Of a stretch of 64,000 nucleotides of DNA, positions 51,089 to 61,602 are shown piece by piece (position 1 is the stretch's first letter; each line of letters starts with the position of its first letter). The stretch covers positions 224,001 to 288,000 of the forward strand of contig CAVTUQ010000002.1 of the NCBI GenBank assembly GCA_963737905.1, written 5' to 3'. Under the pieces are notes generated by a model. It worked only from the letters and a program-made list of their open reading frames with translations. It was not told the DNA's origin and searched no databases. Both the position numbers and the translations under genes were made by a program. This stretch comes from an uncultured delta proteobacterium (GTDB lineage Bacteria; Desulfobacterota; Binatia; UBA9968).

Positions 51089-51661
51089 CTAATTTTCCGT
51101 CAAATTAACTTTCATCCAGCCCTCGATTTGACGCAGGAATCCGGCGAAGGGGTCCTCACCCGGCTCCGCGGCAAAATAAGCTTTGCGGGTATAATCCAGT
51201 GCGCCGGAATAGTATTCAAACTTCTTCGAAAGTTCTTGAAACAGAATGAAGCCGGTACGGTAAAGGGACAGATCGAGCTCGGAAACCGTCCAGTACGACC
51301 GGCTTCCTTCTTCAAGGTAGTAGCCAAGAAACCCTCTCCCCTCTACGTGACTACGAAAAATTCCGCTCATGAACAGCGCATAGTCTCCGAGGTATTTGCG
51401 CAAGGACCTTTCTTTGAGGAGTTGAGTTTCGTCGACCGGCGCGGAGGGTTGCTCCGAGAGAATTTCAACCATGCTCTCCATGCGTTTGCCCTTTCGCGAG
51501 CGAATTCGATAAAGATTCTCGCTCTTGGCAAAATCGGTCAGCACGTCCGCCATATAGCGCGTCACGGTTGAGTCGTAGATGCCTAATTGCCGGAAGCTTT
51601 GGCGAATGACATCATGAAAGAAGCTATGTAGTTTGGTATTGGGTGCGCGTTTTTCCATCAT
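51089..51661 (-). CDS. Conserved hypothetical protein
   Basis: 190 aa, RKYLGDYALFMSGIF..YYLEEGSRSY; collinear with mltG. Confidence 0.75.
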   Translation of the reverse strand: MMEKRAPNTKLHSFFHDVIRQSFRQLGIYDSTVTRYMADVLTDFAKSENLYRIRSRKGKRMESMVEILSEQPSAPVDETQLLKERSLRKYLGDYALFMSGIFRSHVEGRGFLGYYLEEGSRSYWTVSELDLSLYRTGFILFQELSKKFEYYSGALDYTRKAYFAAEPGEDPFAGFLRQIEGWMKVNLTEN

Positions 51662-51824
51662 GCTTTTATGATACCAAAGTTGTGTTTTCTTGGGAAGATT
51701 TTGCTTTTGGGCAAGGGTGGGGTCGCGAATCCGCCGGCTATTATCACTCTAGCCATTTTTTGCATGAAAGCTATAATAGCGCAGCGTTCTCCACTTCTGG
51801 CACTTCGCTAACCCGGAGGAAACC

Positions 51825-52346
51825 ATGGCAAGGGACCTCAAAGAGGAGTTTTTCCGACTTGATGGCGCATGGGCATCGTTTGAGCTTATGTCGATTCGCC
51901 GGCGTGACGATTACTTAAAGCCCTTTCGCGTGCTCCGTTGTAAGATCGATGACCAGGTTGACTTCCAAGCTCCAGAGACGCGGCGCAGTGCCACCGAAGC
52001 TACGGTCTTGATCGAGATTTTCGGCGAGGAGGAACTTGTGGCCGCCAACGGTCGAGGTCCGGTGCAGGCCGTTGACAACGCCATGAGAAAAATCCTTGAG
52101 AAGCATTACCCGCAACTATCTGAGGTCAGTTTGGAGGAGTTCGACGTTCGATTGCTGCACCATGGTGCCATCATCGGGGATGACGAAGACAGGGGTGCCG
52201 GCGCGTTGGTTAGAGTTCTGGCTATTTTTTCAGATGGCGCTGACCGATGGGGCACCGTGGGCGTGGCAGCGGACATCCTCCAGGCCAGCGTCGAGTGCAT
52301 CATTGACGGTCTCGAGTGGAAACTTCGCGGCGAACATAAGCACTAG
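51825..52346 (+). CDS. Stand-alone LeuA/CimA allosteric (dimerisation) domain protein
   Basis: EATV, GRGPVQAVDNAMRKIL..YPQL, VRVL, WGTVGV..DILQAS; GGAGG RBS; no catalytic TIM barrel. Confidence 0.82.
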   Translation: MARDLKEEFFRLDGAWASFELMSIRRRDDYLKPFRVLRCKIDDQVDFQAPETRRSATEATVLIEIFGEEELVAANGRGPVQAVDNAMRKILEKHYPQLSEVSLEEFDVRLLHHGAIIGDDEDRGAGALVRVLAIFSDGADRWGTVGVAADILQASVECIIDGLEWKLRGEHKH

Positions 52347-52400
52347 AATTAACGCGTAGATCTATACTAGTGGAATGACACACGGCCAGGAGCGCTTGGT

Positions 52401-54131
52401 TTACGGTAGAGGAAGTCCGGAACCGGAGCCGGGAGCATAAGCGTTTCGCAGATACTGCGACACCATGCGCTGGGTGTTAAAGAACGAGCCATTGAGCGCG
52501 ATGGCGAACCGCATGACCTCGGTAAACTTGGGGGTTTCTTTGTAAAAGAGGGGGAGAATGATTTGCTCGAGCTTCTTGTATAGGGACTGGACTTCCGCCT
52601 CCGAGTCGTTATCCATTACGTTCGGCTCACCGATGGACCAGCCGGTCACACCCTCAACGTGGCCTTCGATCCACCAACCATCCAGAACACTAAAGCTCGG
52701 CACGCCGTTCAGAGCGGCTTTCATCCCGCTGGTACCCGACGCTTCCTGCGGTCTAAGCGGTGTATTGAGCCAAACATCGACCCCGGAACAGATGAGCTTT
52801 CCCAATGCCATATCGTAATTTTCCAAGTAGACAACACGAACGTCGTTCGCCAAAGCAGCCGCCGCTTCGAAGATTCGGCGAATAATGGCTTTGCCGCCTT
52901 CGTCTCGTGGGTGGGCCTTGCCGGCGTAGACCAACTGCAATGGACCCCCATTGAGCGCTATCTGCTTTAAGCGATCTACCTCCTTGAAGAGCAGGTCGGC
53001 GCGTTTGTAGGCCGTGGCGCGCCGGGCAAAGCCAAGGGTGAAAATGGACTCATCGAGCTGAATACCCGTGAGCCAGCGTACTTGCTGGAACAGCTCTTTC
53101 TTCGCTTGCGCGTGCGCTTGACCAATTTCGTACAAGGGGATTCCAACGGCGTAGCGGAGGTAGCAGTTATCGCGGCGCCATTCTGGTATCATGCGATCAT
53201 ACAGCGCGCAAAATGGCGCTGACGTCCAAGCGACGGTGTGGACACCATTGGTAATTGCGCCGATGTCGTAGTCCGGGAACATTTTGCGCGAAACCTCTCC
53301 GTGACGCAAAGACACCCCGTTTGCATAGTGGGAGAGCCGAAGCGCCAGCTCGGTCATATTGAGGTCGCCGTTCATCACCCCCAGCTGACCGAGAATCGCA
53401 GCACACTGCTCACCCAGCACCTGACGAATCAGGTTGGCATCAAAACGGTCGTGGCCAGCCGGAACCGGAGTGTGGGTTGTAAAAACGCATTGCTGCCGCA
53501 CCGCTTCTATTTCAGCTTCTGACACGCCCTGCATTATATGCGGGCCCGCCCGCTCCTCCAGCAGCGCAACCGTGATGAACGCGGAGTGCCCCTCGTTCAT
53601 GTGGAAGACGCGCACGTTTGCATATCCGAGGGCGCGGAGCACCGCCAAACCACCAAACCCTAAAATCGACTCCTGGCACAAACGATAATGTTCATCGCCG
53701 CCATACAGATGGTCGGTGAGAACGCGATCTCGGGGATCGTTCTCATCCAAGTCTGTATCGAGAAGTAATAGCGGTACCGCGTGTCCGGAGATGCCGCGAA
53801 AGAGATACCTCCAGGCACGCACGATTACATTTCGCCCTTCAATTCCTATCGACACCCGCTGCGGCAAGGGCTCAAGACGATTTTCCGGCGACCATTTGGA
53901 TGGGCTCTCTAGCTGATTGCCTCGGGCATCGAGCCGCTGGTCGAAGTAGCCCTTGCGGTGAAGCAGAGTAACGGCGACCATCGGCACTCCAAGATCCGCC
54001 GCTGAGCGCAACATGTCGCCAGCTAATATACCCAGTCCGCCGCTATAGGTGGGGATATCGGAGTCGATTGCCACGTCCATGGAGCAATAGGCGATTGTAC
54101 CGGTCGAAAAAGAGGTCAGCAATGGGTTCAT
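52401..54131 (-). CDS. glgP: Alpha-glucan phosphorylase (short form)
   Basis: YSGGLGILAGD, HMNEGH, FTTHTPVPAGHD, FARRATAYKR, PLP site EASGTSGMKAA. Confidence 0.93.
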   Translation of the reverse strand: MNPLLTSFSTGTIAYCSMDVAIDSDIPTYSGGLGILAGDMLRSAADLGVPMVAVTLLHRKGYFDQRLDARGNQLESPSKWSPENRLEPLPQRVSIGIEGRNVIVRAWRYLFRGISGHAVPLLLLDTDLDENDPRDRVLTDHLYGGDEHYRLCQESILGFGGLAVLRALGYANVRVFHMNEGHSAFITVALLEERAGPHIMQGVSEAEIEAVRQQCVFTTHTPVPAGHDRFDANLIRQVLGEQCAAILGQLGVMNGDLNMTELALRLSHYANGVSLRHGEVSRKMFPDYDIGAITNGVHTVAWTSAPFCALYDRMIPEWRRDNCYLRYAVGIPLYEIGQAHAQAKKELFQQVRWLTGIQLDESIFTLGFARRATAYKRADLLFKEVDRLKQIALNGGPLQLVYAGKAHPRDEGGKAIIRRIFEAAAALANDVRVVYLENYDMALGKLICSGVDVWLNTPLRPQEASGTSGMKAALNGVPSFSVLDGWWIEGHVEGVTGWSIGEPNVMDNDSEAEVQSLYKKLEQIILPLFYKETPKFTEVMRFAIALNGSFFNTQRMVSQYLRNAYAPGSGSGLPLP

Positions 54132-54311
54132 AAGGGTTTGGAATTACGAGGATTTTCTTTGATTAGTATCAAACCTCTGGCAGTGAAAAGTGTAACACAG
54201 ATCAGCGGTTCCATCAATTAATTAACGTTGGCCTCGTTGGCCTGGAGTGAGATCTAACTTATCAGGAAATGCGCCGAGATTGTCTCCGAGTCGGTCGCAC
54301 CGTATAGTCCG

Positions 54312-54650
54312 GTGATGAAACTTCAAGATGGATCAAGCATGGTCGCGGACTTGACCACCATCGGGCGCAAAAGCGGCGAGCGGCGGACCGTCGAGCTCCG
54401 TTTCATCTACTATCATGGGTGCTTTTACGCCTCGTCGAGTAAAGTGGAGGGAAAGCACTGGTGCCAGAATATGCTCAAGACTCCTACCGTGGAAATAAAT
54501 GCCAAAGGCGAACGGTTCTCATGCGCAGCGACGCAGGTGAGGGATGAGAAACTCCGCCGGCACATCCTCACACTGCGCGATTCATCGCCGCTGATGGATC
54601 GCGTGGTTTTTGAAATCAAGCCTAGCCCCCTGACTTCGTCCGGAGAATAG
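54312..54650 (+). CDS. Deazaflavin-dependent nitroreductase/quinone reductase-like split-barrel protein
   Basis: LTTIGRKSGERRTVEL, WCQNMLKTPTVEI. Confidence 0.7.
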   Translation: MMKLQDGSSMVADLTTIGRKSGERRTVELRFIYYHGCFYASSSKVEGKHWCQNMLKTPTVEINAKGERFSCAATQVRDEKLRRHILTLRDSSPLMDRVVFEIKPSPLTSSGE

Positions 54651-54690
54651 ACGTTACAACCGTTCAAACACTTTGCCGAAAAAGTGATTT

Positions 54691-54906
54691 TTATTTCTTT
54701 GGCTCTTCCTTCTGCTCTTGCATCTTTTTTTCCAGGTTCTCGGCGCCTTTTTGCATTCCCTCGTACATCTGCTTTTCCTTCTGCATCCCTTCTTGGATCG
54801 CCTTCTGCGCTTCTAGATTTCGATCCGCTGAATCTTTTTTATCTCCGCAGGAGCCAAGAGCACATGCCAAGATGGGGATAATCACCAAGCGTTGCAACAG
54901 TTTCAT
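54691..54906 (-). CDS. Small lipoprotein
   Basis: Lipobox-like ALGSC after hydrophobic signal; helical charged tail. Confidence 0.65.
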   Translation of the reverse strand: MKLLQRLVIIPILACALGSCGDKKDSADRNLEAQKAIQEGMQKEKQMYEGMQKGAENLEKKMQEQKEEPKK

Positions 54907-55034
54907 CAGTGGGTTCCTTCTTTCTCTCGTGTAATGAGTTTAGTTAGCAGGAAAGGACACGGACACGCAACTCATTCGGCGTTCATGACCGAATGAATTC
55001 CATGGTTTTTCTTCCATGACGATTCTGATATTTT

Positions 55035-55874
55035 ATGGCCATGGCCCGCCTCGCGATAACCATCGCTCTTGTGGTGCTGCTCTCCTCATCTTCCATCTCG
55101 GTTTCCTCTCAAGCTCCTGCGACGAGATTAAAAACCAACCCCGCTCTGACCGTGACCGACGCGGGAAGCTGGAAGACGATTCAAAAGGGAGTTGAAGTCC
55201 GCAAAATGACCCTCGAACGTTCCGAACCGAGTCACGGCATCGACCTAAAGCTGCTTCGTTTTGATCGGCAGTGGATCGTCCCTCGGGTCCTTCGCAGCGC
55301 CCAATTTCAACTGAAAGGCGCCAATGCGAAAACGTTCGCTGAGAAGAGCGGCGCCCTCGCAACGATCAACGGCAGCTATTTCGACACCGACGGAAAACCC
55401 CTCGCGTTTCTCAAAGTAGCCAGCCAGGCATTCAATGCGCGAGTTGCCAAGAACTCTCTCTATACCGGAGTTTTCAGTATCAGGGATCAGCAGCCACTCA
55501 TTTCGCACCGCGACGATTTTCTTCCCGAGCAGGCGGACGAGGGGCTTCAGTCAGGCCCTTTGCTCCTCCTCCATGGAACCGCTCAGGCGGTGACGGGGGT
55601 ACCGAACCGAGCCAACCGACGCGCCTTGATCGGCGTCGACCAGGAACAACGATTGGTTATCGCGGTGGCGGACAGTTTGCTCGGCGGCCTTCACTGGCCG
55701 GAACTTCAAGAAATCTTCTCAGCGCCGCCTTGGCAAATCCAGGTTACGGATCTATTGAACCTCGACGGCGGCGGCTCCGCTCAACTGTATGTCAAAACGA
55801 GTAAGTTTGAGGACCTCGTGGCGGGGACTGCAGAAGTTCCCGTCGCCATCGGCTTCTTCAACCGGGCTAATTAG
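55035..55874 (+). CDS. Phosphodiester glycosidase (NAGPA/DUF2233) family exported protein
   Basis: INGSYF, QSGPLL, RALIG, LNLDGGGS. Confidence 0.87.
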   Translation: MAMARLAITIALVVLLSSSSISVSSQAPATRLKTNPALTVTDAGSWKTIQKGVEVRKMTLERSEPSHGIDLKLLRFDRQWIVPRVLRSAQFQLKGANAKTFAEKSGALATINGSYFDTDGKPLAFLKVASQAFNARVAKNSLYTGVFSIRDQQPLISHRDDFLPEQADEGLQSGPLLLLHGTAQAVTGVPNRANRRALIGVDQEQRLVIAVADSLLGGLHWPELQEIFSAPPWQIQVTDLLNLDGGGSAQLYVKTSKFEDLVAGTAEVPVAIGFFNRAN

Positions 55875-57310
55875 TCGAGGGAGAAAAAAGCAATACGGCT
55901 CCAATCGAGTACCCTGGCTGGAAGGATTCCCAGATAAACGGTTCCAAAGACCGCCAGCGCTACCGCAATGTAGAGGTAACGCGATTGGCGAAAGCTTTTT
56001 CCTTCGACGCCACCCTCCTCCATATACATCGCCACGACGACGCGCAGGTAGTAGACAACCGACAAGAGACTGTTAAGAACGCCGATGATCGCCAAATTCG
56101 TATGACCGGCAAGTATCGCGGAACGAAAGATATAAAACTTTCCCGTGAACCCCGCGAGGGGAGGGAATCCCGCCAGCGATAACATGAAAAGCGACATGGC
56201 GGCGGCAAGAAAAGGCCGTTTGAACCCCAGTCCGGCAAAATCACTGTAGTTGTCACGAGGGCCGTCCGAGTCCGTCAAACTGGTGAGCACGGCGAAGGCA
56301 CCGACGGTCATAAATGTATACGTGACCACATAAAATAGCAGCGGGGGTCCTCCCCACTCCTCTCCCACAACCAGGGCGATGAGTAGATATCCTGCATGCG
56401 CGACGCTCGAATAGGCAAGCATCCGTTTGACGCTCGCTTGCGACAGCGCGAGCAAATTCCCTACCGTCATGGTTGCGATCGCCATCAGCCATAACGGACT
56501 GGCCCAATCGCTATCGAAAGGCGACAGCTTGTGCATCAGAATTCGCGCCCAAGCGGCGAAAGCGGCGGCCTTCACCGCGACAGACATGAAACCTGTGACC
56601 GGCGTCGGCGCGCCCTCATAGACGTCCGGAATCCAAAAATGAAACGGCACTGCTCCGACCTTGAAAGCGAACCCGACTACCAACAGTAAGACTCCGCCGG
56701 CGAGATAAAGCGGCCGCTCGGTCATGGGCTCGACCAAATGAGCGGAGATTTCGTTGAGGTTGGTTGAGCCGGTGGCGCCGTAGATCAACGCGATGCCGTA
56801 AAGCAGAAAGCCGGTGGCGAAAGCGCCCATTAAAAAATACTTCATGGCGGCTTCGCTGGACCGGCTGCTCGCGCGCCACATGCCGGTCAGAATATAGACG
56901 GCCACGGACATGGTTTCGAGGCCGAGAAAAAAAACGATCAGATCGTTGGCCGCGGCCATGACAATCATGCCGACCGTGGCAAAGAGAATCAGGGCATGGA
57001 ATTCGCCTTCGTGGATTCTTGTTTCCCTCACATAGTGAATCGACGCCAGGATCGTCAGCCCGGCACCGACCAGGATAATCTGTGTAAAGAAGAGCGCAAA
57101 ATTATCCAGCAAAAGAGTGTCGCCGAAGGCACCGTCCTGACTCCCCCACAAAACTAAGGTTTCCACACCGCACAGCACCAAACCCAAAAGCCCGATCCAA
57201 GCCAAGAGCCCCTTTTCATTTTCTTTGAGAAAAAGATCCAACAACATCACGACTAACGCCGTCAGCAAAACTTGCGCCGCAGGGAGAAGTGGGATGAGAT
57301 TAACGTCCAT
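55871..57310 (-). CDS. nuoN: NADH-quinone oxidoreductase subunit N
   Basis: EAAMKYF, FKVGAVPFHFWIPDVYEGAP, KRMLAYSSVAH. Confidence 0.96.
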   Translation of the reverse strand: MDVNLIPLLPAAQVLLTALVVMLLDLFLKENEKGLLAWIGLLGLVLCGVETLVLWGSQDGAFGDTLLLDNFALFFTQIILVGAGLTILASIHYVRETRIHEGEFHALILFATVGMIVMAAANDLIVFFLGLETMSVAVYILTGMWRASSRSSEAAMKYFLMGAFATGFLLYGIALIYGATGSTNLNEISAHLVEPMTERPLYLAGGVLLLVVGFAFKVGAVPFHFWIPDVYEGAPTPVTGFMSVAVKAAAFAAWARILMHKLSPFDSDWASPLWLMAIATMTVGNLLALSQASVKRMLAYSSVAHAGYLLIALVVGEEWGGPPLLFYVVTYTFMTVGAFAVLTSLTDSDGPRDNYSDFAGLGFKRPFLAAAMSLFMLSLAGFPPLAGFTGKFYIFRSAILAGHTNLAIIGVLNSLLSVVYYLRVVVAMYMEEGGVEGKSFRQSRYLYIAVALAVFGTVYLGILPARVLDWSRIAFFSLD

Positions 57311-58850
57311 CGTTCTGATTTTGTCCGCCGGCAGCGTCGTTGACGGCTGTAGGTGTCCCTTGAATGGCGAAGACTCTCTTGAGCGTCACATCAATGGATG
57401 GCTTCATCCGGCTCAAAAACGGTTGCGGATAAAGTCCCATCACGATGATCAATGCCACCACCGGCGCGAGGATAAGGATCTCTCGGCCGTCCAGGTCTTT
57501 GAGTTTCTGGTTTTCCGGATTGGCCAGCGGGCCAAAAATCACGCGCCGAAACATCCATAGCATGTAGATCGCGCTCAGGATCATACCGGTGGCCGCGGCA
57601 ACCGCCCACCCCGGGATGACAGCGAAGGCGCCCAGCAAGATCAGAAACTCCCCGACAAAGCCGTTCAGTCCCGGCAATCCGATGGACGAGAAAGTCACGA
57701 CGAGCAACAGAACGGAAAAGATCGGCAGCTGCTTCCACAGGCCGCCAAAATCTTCGATCATACGGGTATGGCGGCGGTCGTAAATCATGCCCACCAGCAA
57801 AAAGAGTGCACCGGTGGAGAGCCCATGGTTCAGCATCTGGTAGATGCCGCCCTGGACTCCTTGCAAATTGAACACGAAAAGACCCAGCATGACAAAACCA
57901 AGATGACTGACGGATGAATAGGCAACCAGCTTTTTAATGTCGGTCTGCATCATCGCCACCAAAGCGCCATAGATGATACCGACCACCGCCAGCGCAATGA
58001 TGACCGGCGCCGCGGCCAGCGCGGCTGCCGGGAACAGGGGAATCGCGAAGCGCACGAAGCCATAGGTGCCAAGTTTGAGGAGAATGGCGGCAAGGATAAC
58101 CGAGCCTGCAGTGGGCGCCTCCACATGGGCATCCGGCAGCCAGGTATGGAACGGAAAGAGCGGCACTTTAATGGCGAAGGAAAGCGCGAATGCCAGAAAG
58201 AGCCAGACCTGCTCATGGAAAGGCAAATGCAGATTATAAAGTTGGAGCAGGTCGAAAGTCAGGACTTGGGTCTGTTGCGCGTGACGGGTTGCGATGTAGA
58301 TGATCGCCACCAGCATCAGTAAGCTCCCGGCCATGGTATAGAGGACAAATTTAACCGCCGCATAGATCCGGCGCGGTCCGCCCCAGACGCCGATAAGAAA
58401 ATACATGGGGACCAGCATGACTTCCCAGAACACGTAGAAAAGAAAGAGATCCAACGCGACGAAGGCGCCGAGCATGCCGGTTTCTAAAATCAGCATGAAA
58501 AACAGATACTCTTTGATCTTGTCCTTTACAGACCACGACCCCAAGATCGCGATCGGCATGAGAAAGGTTGTGAGCAAGACCAGAAACAGACTGATACCGT
58601 CAATGCCAACGAGGTATTCAATCCCATAAAAGCGCATCCATGGCACGCGTTCGACCAACTGCATCTCCCCATTGCCGCCGTCAAACTGGTTTAGGATGTT
58701 GAGCGACCAAAGAAATGCCAGGCTGGTGAAAAACAATGCCCAGACGAATAGAGTCCGCGTGCTTCGCCGGGAGATCAGCATAAGTCCCAGGGCGCCGATA
58801 ACCGGGATGGCGAGCAGCACGCTCAAATTTCCTAGGGCTAACGCAGGCAT
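57300..58850 (-). CDS. nuoM: NADH-quinone oxidoreductase subunit M
   Basis: FWEVMLVP, KVPLFPFHTWLPDAHVEAP, DIKKLVAYSSVSH. Confidence 0.96.
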   Translation of the reverse strand: MPALALGNLSVLLAIPVIGALGLMLISRRSTRTLFVWALFFTSLAFLWSLNILNQFDGGNGEMQLVERVPWMRFYGIEYLVGIDGISLFLVLLTTFLMPIAILGSWSVKDKIKEYLFFMLILETGMLGAFVALDLFLFYVFWEVMLVPMYFLIGVWGGPRRIYAAVKFVLYTMAGSLLMLVAIIYIATRHAQQTQVLTFDLLQLYNLHLPFHEQVWLFLAFALSFAIKVPLFPFHTWLPDAHVEAPTAGSVILAAILLKLGTYGFVRFAIPLFPAAALAAAPVIIALAVVGIIYGALVAMMQTDIKKLVAYSSVSHLGFVMLGLFVFNLQGVQGGIYQMLNHGLSTGALFLLVGMIYDRRHTRMIEDFGGLWKQLPIFSVLLLVVTFSSIGLPGLNGFVGEFLILLGAFAVIPGWAVAAATGMILSAIYMLWMFRRVIFGPLANPENQKLKDLDGREILILAPVVALIIVMGLYPQPFLSRMKPSIDVTLKRVFAIQGTPTAVNDAAGGQNQNDGR

Positions 58851-58853
58851 GAT

Positions 58854-60791
58854 TTATTGTTGATTGAGAAAGTAAGCCAACAGCGCGAGGGTCGCGGCCA
58901 GGAAACCCGCCAGGTAATGCTGAACATTGCCGGTCTGGGCTTCACGCCAAATCAGGCTTAAACCTTTGGCTCCTTTCGCAACGCCGTTGACCAACCCATC
59001 GATAACCGCGGGGTCGAAAACCTGAGCCAACCACCGGGAACAGGTGGTGAACGGCCGCACGATAAGAATGTCATAGAGTTCGTCGATATAGTATTTGTGA
59101 AGCAAGAGACGGTAGGGACCGCCGCCGGCCAGCGAAGCGAGTCGATCGGGCAGTTTGCTCGCCCTGCCGTATGCAAAATAGGCGAGTAGAAATCCCAGCC
59201 CGCCGATCGCGAACGTGAGCAAGGTCAAATTAATTTCGTCGGTCGAAGAACCCTGCGCCGCCTCGTGGACACCACCAAACATCGGTTGGAGCCAGCGGTC
59301 CCAAAGACTTCCCCACAGATAGTCGGGAGCGCCCAACCAACCCGCAAAGATGGAGCCGGCCGCGAGGACGACCAGGGGCACGATCATGACCGCGGGCGAT
59401 TCATGAATATGGGCCTTCACATGTTCGTCTGCCCGACACTCGCCATGAAAAACCGTAAAGAGCTGTCGAAACATGTAAAATGCCGTCAGTCCCGCCGTTA
59501 GCCAGCCGATAAACCAGAGTCCAGTCGAGCCATGAGGGCTGCTGTAGGCTTGCCAAAGGATGGAATCTTTGGAGAAAAATCCGGCGGTAAACGGGGCTCC
59601 CGCGATCGCCAAAGTCGCAATCGCATAAGTCCAATAAGTCGCCGGTAGATAGGCCTTGAGACCGCCCATCTTGCGCATATCCTGTTCGCCGTCGAGGGCA
59701 TGAATCACGCTGCCGGAGCCCAGAAAAAGACACGCCTTGAAAAAGGCATGGGTAAAAAGATGAAAGATCGCCGCACTGAACGCCCCGACTCCCAAAGCGA
59801 CAAACATATAGCCAAGTTGGCTCACCGTGGAATAGGCCAGGACCCGTTTAATGTCGTTTTGCGTGACCGCCACGGTGGCGGCAAAAAAGGCCGTCGCCGC
59901 GCCGATGGCCGCGATCAATGACAAGATCTCGGGCGCCAGGACGAAGAGAAAATGGAGCCGCGCGGTCATGTAAGCGCCGGCCGTGACCATGGTCGCTGCA
60001 TGGATCAGCGCGCTGACCGGCGTCGGTCCCGCCATCGCGTCCGGCAGCCATACAAAGAGCGGAATTTGCGCTGACTTTCCTGTGGCACCGACAAAGAGCA
60101 ACAAAGTGATGAGCGTAATTTTTTCCGGGCTCAATAGATGCACATGCTTCTGCAGCTCCATGAAGTCCAAGGTCCAGATACCCTGGCGCCCTAGCTCCGT
60201 AACGATAAGCAGGATTCCCAATACAAAACCAAAATCGCCGATGCGGTTGACGATGAATGCCTTGTTTCCCGCGATCGTATTGGCGTGATCCTGGTACCAG
60301 AAGCCGATCAGGAGATAGGAACAGAGACCCACACCTTCCCAACCGATGAAGAGCACAAGAAGATTATCTCCCATCACGAGCACGAGCATGAAAAAGATAA
60401 ACAGGTTCAGATAGACGAAAAAACGAACCATTCCTTCATCGTGGCCCATATAGCCGAGCGAATAGATATGGATCAAAAAGCCGATGCCGGTGACGATGAG
60501 CAGCATCACCGCGGTCAGGGCATCGACTTGAAAAGAAAGTTTGACCTGAAATGAGCCCGACTCGATCCAGGTATAGAGGGTATCCCGAAACACCCCGGTG
60601 GCCGGGAGGAGCCAAAAAATGTACAGGGCAATGGCGAAGGAGGCCAAGACGGCCGCGCATGCCAACCCGCCGGCGGTCTTTCTTCCCAGGCGAGTCCCAA
60701 AAAATATATTGATCAAGCTCGCCAGCAGTGGAATCAGCGGCATCCAGCGGAGGAGCTCAACCGTCGCAACGGTTTGGGTGGGGGCTACCAT
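58854..60791 (-). CDS. nuoL: NADH-quinone oxidoreductase subunit L
   Basis: [40 protein letters not shown]; ATG 60791 overlaps nuoK end. Confidence 0.95.
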   Translation of the reverse strand: MVAPTQTVATVELLRWMPLIPLLASLINIFFGTRLGRKTAGGLACAAVLASFAIALYIFWLLPATGVFRDTLYTWIESGSFQVKLSFQVDALTAVMLLIVTGIGFLIHIYSLGYMGHDEGMVRFFVYLNLFIFFMLVLVMGDNLLVLFIGWEGVGLCSYLLIGFWYQDHANTIAGNKAFIVNRIGDFGFVLGILLIVTELGRQGIWTLDFMELQKHVHLLSPEKITLITLLLFVGATGKSAQIPLFVWLPDAMAGPTPVSALIHAATMVTAGAYMTARLHFLFVLAPEILSLIAAIGAATAFFAATVAVTQNDIKRVLAYSTVSQLGYMFVALGVGAFSAAIFHLFTHAFFKACLFLGSGSVIHALDGEQDMRKMGGLKAYLPATYWTYAIATLAIAGAPFTAGFFSKDSILWQAYSSPHGSTGLWFIGWLTAGLTAFYMFRQLFTVFHGECRADEHVKAHIHESPAVMIVPLVVLAAGSIFAGWLGAPDYLWGSLWDRWLQPMFGGVHEAAQGSSTDEINLTLLTFAIGGLGFLLAYFAYGRASKLPDRLASLAGGGPYRLLLHKYYIDELYDILIVRPFTTCSRWLAQVFDPAVIDGLVNGVAKGAKGLSLIWREAQTGNVQHYLAGFLAATLALLAYFLNQQ

Positions 60792-61087
60792 TTCAGCAAC
60801 TGCATCTCCTGAGGATCCAGGCTCTGTCGATGGCGAAACACGGAAATGACGATCGCAAGACCGATCACCGCTTCGGCCGCAGCCACCGCCATGACAAAAA
60901 ATACGATGACCTGCCCTTCCATGGACCCCAGGTAGCGCGAAAACGTGATGAAGGTCAGATTCACCGCGTTGAGCATGAGCTCGATGGACATCAAGACCAC
61001 GATCAAATTTCGCCGCACCAGGACGCCGATCACGCCGATGGCGAATATCACCGCGCTGAGAATCAAGTAGTAGTCGAGCGGCACCAT
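60785..61087 (-). CDS. nuoK: NADH-quinone oxidoreductase subunit K
   Basis: [28 protein letters not shown]. Confidence 0.96.
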   Translation of the reverse strand: MVPLDYYLILSAVIFAIGVIGVLVRRNLIVVLMSIELMLNAVNLTFITFSRYLGSMEGQVIVFFVMAVAAAEAVIGLAIVISVFRHRQSLDPQEMQLLKW

Positions 61088-61092
61088 ATTCG

Positions 61093-61587
61093 TTAAGACT
61101 CCCTCTTGGCCAGAACCACGGCGCCGACGATAGCCACCAGCAACAAGACAGAAGCGATCTCAAAGGGCAGGACAAAGTCAACGAAAAGGCTCTTCGCCAA
61201 CATCTCGGGACTGCCGAATATTTCGGTTGCCGCAACCGGATCCACGGGCGGCTCGCCATTGGACAATAAAGCCGCCAAGCTGCCCGCGAGAAGAAGCGCA
61301 ACCAGCGAAGCGAATCCCCACCATCCTTTGCGCCGCGGCTCCGCAGTGGTGGGATTTAAGAACATGATGACGAAGAGAAAAAGGACCATGATGGCGCCGG
61401 CATAGATCAGAATCTGCAGCACCCCGACCATGGGCGCATGCAGCATGAGAAAAAGAATCGCGATCAAGAAGAGCGCCGCCACCAAGGCCAATGCACAATG
61501 GACCACATTGCGCAGCAAGACGACCATCAACGACGAGAGCACCAGCAGCACAGAAATCAAGTAGAAAGGGATGGCTGAAGCGTCCAT
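61093..61587 (-). CDS. nuoJ: NADH-quinone oxidoreductase subunit J
   Basis: [35 protein letters not shown]. Confidence 0.95.
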   Translation of the reverse strand: MDASAIPFYLISVLLVLSSLMVVLLRNVVHCALALVAALFLIAILFLMLHAPMVGVLQILIYAGAIMVLFLFVIMFLNPTTAEPRRKGWWGFASLVALLLAGSLAALLSNGEPPVDPVAATEIFGSPEMLAKSLFVDFVLPFEIASVLLLVAIVGAVVLAKRES

Positions 61588-61602
61588 GAGTCGAGCGAAA
61601 GG

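Noticed and set aside
60792-61301. Apparent 815-aa NuoL with long extension
   Set aside because: Extension overlaps nuoK and nuoJ in another frame; true start is 60791.
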